Made by a program: the position numbers and the translations under genes
The notes under the pieces: generated by a model
The model's input: only the letters and a program-made list of their open reading frames with translations
Databases searched by the model: none
Told to the model about the DNA's origin: nothing
In this document: in pieces, positions 15,091 to 24,476 of the stretch
Position numbering within the stretch: position 1 is the first letter of the stretch
Layout of the letters: each line of letters begins with the position of its first letter
Origin: Pyrobaculum calidifontis JCM 11548
GTDB taxonomy: Archaea > Thermoproteota > Thermoprotei > Thermoproteales > Thermoproteaceae
Length of the DNA stretch: 32,000 bases
Assembly: GCF_000015805.1 (NCBI RefSeq)
Contig: NC_009073.1
Coordinates: 750,001 to 782,000 of the forward strand
Reading direction: 5' to 3'

Positions 15091-16763
15091 ACCACATCTC
15101 CACCCTTTATAACCTTCTCCCCAGACTCCCTCTTCTTAACCCCAACCACAAATGCCGCAGATACGCCAACTATGATGGCCGCGGCGAGTATCTTTAAGAA
15201 GCTCTCCCTAGCCAGCGTGGGAAGCCTAATCTCCGGCGCCAGCGGGGCCAGATACTTGGCCCCGTTTACCTCCACGACCACCGCGTTGTCTACGGCGACT
15301 ACCTTGGCCACGCCGTTTGTGCCATAGAACTTCAGCGTCCCCACGTATACCACGAAGGCGTGAATCGGCGAGCCTAAGAGGTCCACGACTCTGACCTCTT
15401 TGAAGAGGGTAGAGTTCACCTTGATCACAGGCGCCGCCTTGGTCTTCAGCTCCGCCACCACGGTGCCGTTTATGAAGAGGCGGACCGTCACGTTGTCCCC
15501 CGCCTTGGCAATGGGCGGCTCCACCGCCGCGGTAATGGGGGCTTCTACAGCCACCTTAGGCTTTACAAGATCCGTGTGCGCTTCTAATGTGCCTTGTCTA
15601 ACGGCCGCGGGGTATTTATACGTCGTCCCATTCACATCGATGTATACGTAGTATCTCAAGCCCTCTACGAGGCATTTACCCACCGGATATCCCCCCTCGG
15701 CCTCTACGTAGGAGACGGGGAGCTCTACGCCGTCTATGCTCCAGGCCTCTGCGCCTCTGTAGAGCCAAGTCGTGACGTTGTCCGGCAAATAGTAGTACTG
15801 GAGCACGTACTCCTCCCCGCTCTGCAGTTTGACGTAGACTAGGAGGGGGCGTTGCAGGGGGTTTGACACAGTGGCCGTGCCCGCGCACTCGCCCACCACA
15901 GGTATCGATATGGGCTCAACCACGAGACGAGGCTTCCCCACAACTGCAGATTGGTTTGAGGCAAAGAGCAGGGGTATGTCAGGCGTCCACGGCTTGACCC
16001 CCTCTACCCGCACCCCCCTCGACGGCACATATATGTAGTAGTCCGGCCTATCGCCGGTGAGGCTTATGTACGTGACGTTCACTATGCCGTACCCCGAAAC
16101 TTCCACGTGGCCGTATGCTATATACTCCTCTACGTAGACGCCTTGGAAAGCCGTCGAGTTAACTCTGTATACAAAGTCTCCAACAACCCTCGGCGGCAGT
16201 AGCGATTTGACCACAAGGATGGCCGTGCCGTTGACCTCCAGCGGGAATCCCTGGTATAACAACGCCGAGTCTTGCCCCTTGACGGACACGGGGATTAGGG
16301 GGCCTAGGCTCCTCCACTTGTCCACTTTAACTGAGATAAAGTCCCCGCACGCCGTCCCGCTGACGTACTTGGGCGTGGGGTACCGATTTAGCTGTGGCGC
16401 AACTACTGCCCCGTTGTTTAATACCACGTAGACGGAGGATATGCCCCACGGCGAAAGCGGGTCGATGTACGCGGAGAAGTTGACGCAGCCGCCTATCTGC
16501 GCCGTGTATACGTAGGGGACGTATGGTATAGGCACCGCGGCTAACGTGGCATTTATGGCTAAGAGCAACAGTCCTAACATATAGCCATACGCGCCGGTGT
16601 TTAAATAGGCAAGCGACACGATTAAGACGTTCAAAAAGGGAGGCGACAGCGGCATACGGCAGAGGCGGGGCGACTTTTGCACAGCTGGCAGTCTTTGGCG
16701 CATGGCCGCTCTCCCTGTCCCCTCCGCCGCAAGCTCGGGGGTGGGCCCTGGCTGTGGCCTCAT
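15081..16763 (-). CDS. large extracellular, probably N-glycosylated, C-terminally membrane-anchored protein
   Basis: Beta-rich and Val/Tyr/Pro-rich sequence with at least 10 N-x-S/T sequons (NFS, NGT, NST, NVT, NQS...). C-terminal TM helix ILAAAIIVGVSAAFVVGV followed by a KKRESGEK tail. Start is uncertain. The first 60 codons look non-coding, alternative ATGs sit at 16703, 16655 and 16580, and 16580 lies ~23 nt after CTATTTAAAC on the minus strand. Confidence 0.6.
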   Translation of the reverse strand: MRPQPGPTPELAAEGTGRAAMRQRLPAVQKSPRLCRMPLSPPFLNVLIVSLAYLNTGAYGYMLGLLLLAINATLAAVPIPYVPYVYTAQIGGCVNFSAYIDPLSPWGISSVYVVLNNGAVVAPQLNRYPTPKYVSGTACGDFISVKVDKWRSLGPLIPVSVKGQDSALLYQGFPLEVNGTAILVVKSLLPPRVVGDFVYRVNSTAFQGVYVEEYIAYGHVEVSGYGIVNVTYISLTGDRPDYYIYVPSRGVRVEGVKPWTPDIPLLFASNQSAVVGKPRLVVEPISIPVVGECAGTATVSNPLQRPLLVYVKLQSGEEYVLQYYYLPDNVTTWLYRGAEAWSIDGVELPVSYVEAEGGYPVGKCLVEGLRYYVYIDVNGTTYKYPAAVRQGTLEAHTDLVKPKVAVEAPITAAVEPPIAKAGDNVTVRLFINGTVVAELKTKAAPVIKVNSTLFKEVRVVDLLGSPIHAFVVYVGTLKFYGTNGVAKVVAVDNAVVVEVNGAKYLAPLAPEIRLPTLARESFLKILAAAIIVGVSAAFVVGVKKRESGEKVIKGGDVVEV

Positions 16764-16798
16764 CCGTCACTCTTAAATAAGGCCCTTTTGAGTTGGGC

Positions 16799-17092
16799 GT
16801 GCGGTGGAGTCTCTACGCCACGTTGTACCAGATTGGGGTCCTCACTCTCGGCCTCCTAATCCTCGGGGCAGAGAGGTGGATCGCCGCCGCGCTGGACCTC
16901 GTGTTCATTCTGATCGCGGTTGTGCTTTTCAGAGTGGCGCTTAAGGACCTCTCCGCCTCTCTCGACATCGCCGCAGATGAGAGGGAGAGGGCAGAGGTTA
17001 GGTTGCTACAAGCGTTGCTAATAGCCACATTTGTGATCGCAGTTGGAGTTCTTGGATACGGCTTTCTAAAGTCGTTATTCCCCTTTCTCTAG
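16799..17092 (+). CDS. small membrane protein (3 predicted TM segments)
   Basis: Hydrophobic segments YQIGVLTLGLLILG, AALDLVFILIAVVLF and ALLIATFVIAVGVLGYGF. GTG 16799 is ~23 nt after CTTAAATAAGG. The 3' end overlaps the convergent coiled-coil gene by 18 nt. Confidence 0.5.
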   Translation: MRWSLYATLYQIGVLTLGLLILGAERWIAAALDLVFILIAVVLFRVALKDLSASLDIAADERERAEVRLLQALLIATFVIAVGVLGYGFLKSLFPFL

Positions 17093-18298
17093 CTTGTTTT
17101 TACACTCCTCAAGTTGCGCCTTTAGCTGCGCCAACATAGCCTCTCTCAGCAAGAGGCTACGGTAAAACGCCAACACCTCTCTCTCCTGCTCCACGACGCG
17201 CCTCTCCATCTCGTTGAGCCTCTGCTCCTCCTCTATCAGCCTCTTGGCAAATCTGCCCAAGTTGTCCAACAGCTCTACCTCCTTGGCCCTCACGGCCTCC
17301 TCCAGCCTCCTCAGCTCCTCCTGCTTCTTCGCCACGGCGTCTTCAAACACCTTGTACTTGGCTACAAGCTCCTCGAGCTCGGCCCTCCTCTTCTCAAGGG
17401 CCTTCTGCAACTCGGCGAGCTCCTGCTCCTTCTGAGCAAGCTCGGCCAGCCGCTTCTCCACCTCAGCCGCCTGCGCGAGGAGGGCCTTGGCCCTCTCCTC
17501 CTGCTCCGACAACTGCCTCTGCTTCACCAGCAACTCTTGCTCAGCCTTCTTTAGCTCAAACTCCTTTCTCAAAAGCTCCTCTCTCAACGCCCTCAGCTCC
17601 TCCTCCTTCTGCGCCACCTCCTGTTGCCTTGCGGCCAACAGCGCCAAGGCCTTCTTGGCCTCCTCAAGGGCCGACTTTACGGGGTCTGAGAGCTCCGCCG
17701 TCTTTTTCAAGTTTTCCAACATAAGCGCAAGCTCGCCCTCCCTCCTCCGCAGAGCCTCCTCTCTCGTCTTAAGCTCAGACTCCTTATACGCAAACTGACG
17801 CATCTTGTTCTCATACTCCTGCATCTTGGCGTTGAAGTCCTTCATCAGCTCCAACATTGCCGAAGCCACGCTTCTGATCTGCTCACTCTGGGCCTTCAAG
17901 GCGTTGAGCTGCTCGGCCAAGCCCCCCACCTTGGCGGCCACGTCCTCAAGCTTTTCGGCGAGAGAAATGAACTGGTTAGTGGCATCTGTGACAGCCTTCG
18001 CCGAGGCGGAGAGCCGCTCCGCCAGCGCCGAAAGCTCCGCAAGTTTTTCAGAGGAGGCGTTGAGCTGGGCGACGGTTCTGCTGAGCTGGGCCGCCCCCTC
18101 CGCCAAGTCCCTCGACACGCGGCTGAGGAGCGATGCGAGTCCCTCCACAGACTTCTTCAAATCAAGCGAGCTGGACTTAACCTCTGCCACCACCTCGTTC
18201 TTCGCCTCCTCCAGCCGAGCCGAAAGTGCGACAACGTCGTCTGAAAGCTTCTTTATAACATCGTCGAGCTTCTTCCCAGCGTCCTCCCGCCTAAACAT
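17075..18298 (-). CDS. long coiled-coil protein (Glu/Leu/Lys/Ala-rich, 407 aa)
   Basis: Heptad-like, low-complexity helical sequence throughout (..EELRALREELLRKEFELKKAEQELLVKQRQLSEQEERAKALLAQAAEVEKRLAELAQKEQELAELQKALEKRRAELEELV..). No enzymatic motif. Confidence 0.7.
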   Translation of the reverse strand: MFRREDAGKKLDDVIKKLSDDVVALSARLEEAKNEVVAEVKSSSLDLKKSVEGLASLLSRVSRDLAEGAAQLSRTVAQLNASSEKLAELSALAERLSASAKAVTDATNQFISLAEKLEDVAAKVGGLAEQLNALKAQSEQIRSVASAMLELMKDFNAKMQEYENKMRQFAYKESELKTREEALRRREGELALMLENLKKTAELSDPVKSALEEAKKALALLAARQQEVAQKEEELRALREELLRKEFELKKAEQELLVKQRQLSEQEERAKALLAQAAEVEKRLAELAQKEQELAELQKALEKRRAELEELVAKYKVFEDAVAKKQEELRRLEEAVRAKEVELLDNLGRFAKRLIEEEQRLNEMERRVVEQEREVLAFYRSLLLREAMLAQLKAQLEECKNKLEKGE

Positions 18299-18316
18299 AG
18301 CACATTGGGCGCACGG

Positions 18317-18643
18317 CTATAAATTCCTTTTCAACAACTCCTGCAACGCCAATATTTTTTCCAACAAAGCGGCGCACAGCTCCTCTCTTTTGTACACCCC
18401 CTCGGCAATTGCCGACCTCAGCCAACTGGCATTTTCCAAAACAGCAACCACCGCGGCGTTTAGCTTATCCAGCTCTTCCCTCAAGCGGGCGGCAAGTACG
18501 TCGGCGTCAGACACACGGCTCTCAGACTGCCGCTTAGCCAGCTCGGCCACCTGTTGTTGCAACTTAGCCACTTCCCTGCGCAACTCCTTCAGCTCGTTGA
18601 GAATTTCCACCACGTAGTCCGGGTAGCCAAATTCCTCAACCAC
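18317..18643 (-). CDS. small coiled-coil protein (~108 aa)
   Basis: ILNELKELRREVAKLQQQVAELAKRQSE... is helical with heptad character. The track start (TTG 18709) overlaps the divergent gene. GTG 18643 sits 23 nt from the centre of the shared palindromic TATA at 18662-18670, mirroring ATG 18690 on the other strand. Confidence 0.55.
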   Translation of the reverse strand: MVEEFGYPDYVVEILNELKELRREVAKLQQQVAELAKRQSESRVSDADVLAARLREELDKLNAAVVAVLENASWLRSAIAEGVYKREELCAALLEKILALQELLKRNL

Positions 18644-18661
18644 GCCTCCTACAGCATACAT

Positions 18662-18670
18662 CTTATAAAG
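18662..18670. promoter_or_regulatory. palindromic bidirectional TATA box CTTATAAAG
   Basis: Centre at 18666. ATG 18690 (plus) is at +24 and GTG 18643 (minus) at -23. Confidence 0.6.
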
Positions 18671-18689
18671 GTGACTCAACGCAACGCCC

Positions 18690-19370
18690 ATGGGGTTCAT
18701 ATCCCCCAAGGCGAAGATTAACGCGAGGTACGTGTCGCCAGACGCCTACATCTACGGCCCCACGGCGGTGGGCGAGGACTCGTACATCGACGCGGCGGTG
18801 GTCGGCTACCCCTCGAGGGCCAAGCTCCTGACCTTCAAGCCGCCCGACGAAGTGAGTAACGGCGCGAGGATAGGCAGAGGAGTTATCGTAAGAAGCGGCG
18901 TGGTGATATACGAGGACGTGGAAATCGGAGACGGCGTGGAGTTCGGCCACAACGTGTTAGTCAGAGAGTTGACCAAGATTGGAAGCCGCGTGAGAATCGG
19001 CACACAGACCATAATAGAGCGCGACGTGAAAATCGGCGACGGCGCCTGGATACAGTCCTTGGTGTATATACCCAACGGCACAGTAATAGAGGAAGACGTA
19101 TTCATAGGCCCCAACGCTGTTATAACAAACGACAAGTATCCCCCTAGCAGGAGACTTGCACCAGTGGTTATTAGAAGAGGCGCCGTCATAGGCGCCAACG
19201 CCACATTGGTAGCCGGCATTGAAGTGGGGGAAGGCGCGGTGGTGGCGGCAGGCGCCGTGGTGACTAGAGACGTGCCGCCGGGCACCGTCGTAGCCGGAGT
19301 GCCAGCGAGAGTGATAGGCAAAGCAGAGGAGTACCTCAAGAAAAAGTCTGTATACGAAGGCGTCACATAA
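18690..19370 (+). CDS. left-handed beta-helix (hexapeptide-repeat) acyl/acetyltransferase
   Basis: Consecutive hexapeptide repeats ([LIV]-G-x4), e.g. IGRGVIVRSGVVIYEDVEIGDGVEFGHNVLV..VRIGTQTIIERDVKIGDGAWI..GAVIGANATLVAGIEVGEGAVVAAGAVV. Confidence 0.85.
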   Translation: MGFISPKAKINARYVSPDAYIYGPTAVGEDSYIDAAVVGYPSRAKLLTFKPPDEVSNGARIGRGVIVRSGVVIYEDVEIGDGVEFGHNVLVRELTKIGSRVRIGTQTIIERDVKIGDGAWIQSLVYIPNGTVIEEDVFIGPNAVITNDKYPPSRRLAPVVIRRGAVIGANATLVAGIEVGEGAVVAAGAVVTRDVPPGTVVAGVPARVIGKAEEYLKKKSVYEGVT

Positions 19371-19532
19371 GGCGGTGCGGGGTAAGCCAGCCTACGAAAA
19401 CACCGCATACGAGAGAGGGCCTAGGGCGGCTTCTTCAAACCATGTGTCAGCGCAAAAAGAGTATCATAACCAAATGGTGTGAGCCAAGTAGCTCACAAAG
19501 ATGGTGAATTGCGCGGTAGGGTCGAGAAAGCG

Positions 19533-22154
<2,622 letters not shown>

Positions 22155-22181
22155 CGTGAGTACAACTAACGTGATAAATAA

Positions 22182-22364
22182 CTATTTTTCCGAGTTATGT
22201 CGAACAACGGCTTCGCGCACCTCCCTTGCAGTACCCACCAGCAGTATCGTAGAACTGTCCACCGAGTAGGCGGCGCCGCAGTAGGGGCACTGGTGAGTCT
22301 TCGCGCTTGCCCTGGCGGCGCTTGCCTTGCCGCAGCGCGGACAGACAGAGGCTATGTACTTCAA
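22182..22364 (-). CDS. small zinc-ribbon protein (DUF1922-like, tentative)
   Basis: 60 aa with CPRCG...x17...CPYCG. The TTG start overlaps the upstream stop (TTGA). Confidence 0.55.
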   Translation of the reverse strand: MKYIASVCPRCGKASAARASAKTHQCPYCGAAYSVDSSTILLVGTAREVREAVVRHNSEK

Positions 22365-22924
22365 CGCCTTCTCTCAAGCACCCTCTTTATAAGCCTAAAC
22401 GCCTCTCCCACGCGGTATGTGAAACAGGGGTATTTCCCCACCTTGAGCAACACCCCGCCTCTGGCCTCTGGCTCACAGAAGGCGGAGGTGACAAAGAGCA
22501 AGCCTCTGTGTTTTACAACCGCGTAGCCCTCCCGCAGAGTTATTCTCCCAAACTGCTTAACCGAGGGGATTTGTAATGTTACATATTCCACGGGCTCGGC
22601 CACGGGGGCTATGGGCTCTACGCATACGTCCACGCGCTTGAAGTAGACGTCGAAGGCCACGTCGGGTGGGGCTGGGTGTGACACAGGGGCGCATATGGAG
22701 ACATCGGCCAGCAGGTGTCCCCCTCGCCAGTTTATGAGTAGTAGGCCGAGGGAGGGCGGCTGGGGAAGCGGGCACAGCTTTGCGTCCCACCTCTCCTCAA
22801 GCCATTTAGCAAGCTGTGGAAACTCCTCGGCGATCCACCTCCGGAGCGTGGTGGGGGCCCCGAGGTCGATTCTATACTTGACCCTCCTCTGCACTAGCCC
22901 TTGCACATAGCTCTCCCTAGGCAC
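22361..22924 (-). CDS. hypothetical protein, 187 aa
   Basis: Clean ORF. GTG 22924 is 21 nt from the centre of the palindromic TATA at 22940-22950. It is translationally coupled to the zinc-ribbon gene. No motif recognised. Confidence 0.6.
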   Translation of the reverse strand: MPRESYVQGLVQRRVKYRIDLGAPTTLRRWIAEEFPQLAKWLEERWDAKLCPLPQPPSLGLLLINWRGGHLLADVSICAPVSHPAPPDVAFDVYFKRVDVCVEPIAPVAEPVEYVTLQIPSVKQFGRITLREGYAVVKHRGLLFVTSAFCEPEARGGVLLKVGKYPCFTYRVGEAFRLIKRVLERRR

Positions 22925-22939
22925 GGCCTTGTTTGAATA

Positions 22940-22950
22940 CTTATAAATAG
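22940..22950. promoter_or_regulatory. palindromic bidirectional TATA box CTTATAAATAG
   Basis: Centre at 22945. GTG 22924 (minus) is at -21 and ATG 22967 of the acidic mini-gene (plus) at +22. Confidence 0.6.
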
Positions 22951-22966
22951 CCCAATTCGTGGGCCT

Positions 22967-23062
22967 ATGCCGATGTACTTTAGAGAGGAAGAGGAGTGGG
23001 AAGAGGAGGAAGAGCTCTGGGAGGAGTTCGAAGAGGAGTGGGAAGAGGAAGAGGAGTGGTAG
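22967..23062 (+). CDS. 31-codon mini-gene encoding an extremely acidic Glu/Trp peptide MPMYFREEEEWEEEEELWEEFEEEWEEEEEW
   Basis: Not in the track (too short). ATG 22967 is 22 nt from the centre of TATA CTTATAAATAG (22940-22950). Stop TAG is at 23060-23062, and an oligo-T terminator-like tract (T5, 23066-23070) follows 3 nt later. 21 of 31 residues are Glu, and Trp falls at positions 11, 18 and 25 (heptad spacing) and 31. Confidence 0.45.
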   Translation: MPMYFREEEEWEEEEELWEEFEEEWEEEEEW

Positions 23063-23065
23063 AAC

Positions 23066-23070
23066 TTTTT
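23066..23070 (+). terminator. oligo-T tract immediately after the mini-gene
   Basis: The sequence is TAG-AAC-TTTTT-CAAAAA. Oligo-T tracts on the coding strand are the usual archaeal termination signal. Confidence 0.4.
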
Positions 23071-23208
23071 CAAAAATAGTCCCTTTTGACCCTTTACATT
23101 TTTATAGTATTATGTAAATGTTCTACAAGTGGGGCTTCTGCAGGTACAAGGCAGTAATCTAAGGGTTTTTGGGGGTTAAGCTTTTAAATTGGGGAATATG
23201 TGGGGCAC

Positions 23209-23586
23209 ATGGCGGGGGGCGTGGGGGGCAGAGTGGTAGTGGGGAGACACATATACGGCAACTTGTACGGGTGTGACCGAGAGGTGTTAAAAGACGAGGC
23301 GGCTCTTATAACAATTGTAAAAGAGGCTGTGCGTGTGGCAAACGCCATGTTGCTCTCAATAGGGTCCTACCGCTTTGGCCCCAGTGGAGGACTCACAGTA
23401 TTCGCCGTAGTGGCCGAGAGTCACATATCAATCCACACTTGGCCAGAGCATGGATTTGCCACAGTAGATGTATATACGTGCGGCGACCACACCGACCCCA
23501 AGGCGGCCTTTGACTACATAGTATCTAAGCTAAAGCCGCACAGAGTAGAGGTGTACTTCGGCGACCGCTCGATGTACAGCGAGTAA
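23209..23586 (+). CDS. speH: pyruvoyl-dependent decarboxylase of the SpeH family (S-adenosylmethionine decarboxylase proenzyme, or its crenarchaeal arginine-decarboxylase paralogue)
   Basis: VVAESHISIHTWPEHGFATVDVYTCG contains the E|S self-cleavage site and the conserved TWPE..D.(F/Y)TCG. ATG 23209 is ~23 nt after TTTTAAAT (23183-23190). The track start GTG 23200 is less likely. Confidence 0.85.
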   Translation: MAGGVGGRVVVGRHIYGNLYGCDREVLKDEAALITIVKEAVRVANAMLLSIGSYRFGPSGGLTVFAVVAESHISIHTWPEHGFATVDVYTCGDHTDPKAAFDYIVSKLKPHRVEVYFGDRSMYSE

Positions 23587-23617
23587 ATTTTTATATACAT
23601 CTAAGTTTTTGAAAAAT

Positions 23618-24226
23618 ATGGTTACATATTTTAAACAGGCGTATATAGAAATTTCGACTTTTATCGCGAAGGCTCTTGAAAAGCTTAACTTGGAAGAAGT
23701 TGAAAAATTTGTAAAATCGCTAGAAGACGCGTACAAGACGAATAAGAAGATTCTTGTTGTCGGCGTCGGCAGAAGCGGCCTCGTAGGCCGCGCCTTCGCC
23801 ATGAGGCTACGCCACCTGGGGGCCAGGTCCTACGTAATAGGCGAGACTATTACGCCGTCTGTAGAAGAGGGCGACTTAGTGGTCGCCATATCTGGTAGCG
23901 GAGCTACACAGATAATAGTAGCAGTGGCAGAGGCAGCCAAGAAGATGAAGGCAAAGGTTGTAGCTGTGACCTCCTACTACGACTCGCCGCTGGCACGCCT
24001 CGCCGACTTAGTCGTCTATGTGCCAGGTAGAACAAAGCTGGCCTCAATGGACGACTACTTCGCGAGACAAATCCTCGGAATCCACGAGCCGCTGTCCCCC
24101 CTCGGCACCCTCTTCGAAGACACCGCAATGGTCTTCCTCGACGCAGTCATAGCAGAGCTCATGAAGCGGCTAGGCAAAAACGAAAGCGAAATGGCAAAAC
24201 GGCACGCCAACATAGAAATTCCCTAA
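23618..24226 (+). CDS. SIS-domain sugar-phosphate isomerase, 6-phospho-3-hexuloisomerase-like
   Basis: KKILVVGVGRSGLVGRAFAMRLRHLGARSYVIGETITPSVEEGDLVVAISGSGAT is the SIS/PHI signature. ATG 23618 is ~25 nt after ATTTTTATATAC. The track start TTG 23609 is less likely. Confidence 0.7.
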   Translation: MVTYFKQAYIEISTFIAKALEKLNLEEVEKFVKSLEDAYKTNKKILVVGVGRSGLVGRAFAMRLRHLGARSYVIGETITPSVEEGDLVVAISGSGATQIIVAVAEAAKKMKAKVVAVTSYYDSPLARLADLVVYVPGRTKLASMDDYFARQILGIHEPLSPLGTLFEDTAMVFLDAVIAELMKRLGKNESEMAKRHANIEIP

Positions 24227-24476
24227 CCCTCCGCGGCACTCCACAAGCAGCGGAGACTGGCGCAGTTGCTCCGCGTGAAGCACTCATTGGCGCCGGCAGG
24301 CTGACCCACCACTGTCACAACGCAGTTGCAAATAGCCTTGGCAACTCGTGGAAGTATTTCCGCTAGAGGGCCCAGGGGCGTCAGCCGTGTCACCTGCGCT
24401 CATCGTCGCCACACACCTGCCTTCATCAGCACTTAGCTTGTAGCCACCAATTTATATACCGTTTGTAGTGGGCTTT

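Noticed and set aside
17805-18617. A 270-aa plus-strand ORF (Ser/Ala/Leu-rich), with neighbouring ORFs 17214..17435 and 17487..17798
   Set aside because: It lies exactly antisense to the coiled-coil genes. GAG/CTC/AAG-rich heptad coding sequence is stop-free on the opposite strand and yields low-complexity Ser/Leu sequence. There is no promoter geometry, so this is a shadow ORF.
19371-19532. A 160-nt convergent spacer after the LbH gene with hairpins (GGCGGTG..CACCGC; TGTGAGC-caagta-GCTCACA) and a partial box pair UAUGAUA-11 nt-CUGA on the minus strand
   Set aside because: Only half of a C/D architecture is present and no matching C box or D' is upstream. The hairpins are short, so there is not enough for an RNA gene call.
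24378-24435. A second C/D box sRNA candidate on the minus strand: GCUGAUGA ... CUGA 38 nt apart, ~22 nt downstream of GGTATATAAATTGG
   Set aside because: The overall length is right, and both putative guides share GCAGGUG. However, no acceptable D' (GGCG/GCGA) and C' (ACGAUGA or AUGAGCG) pair gives 12-nt guide spacing; the D guide would be 15 nt. The TATA box is better explained as the promoter of the plus-strand gene starting at 24477. It is worth a look only if small-RNA data exist.
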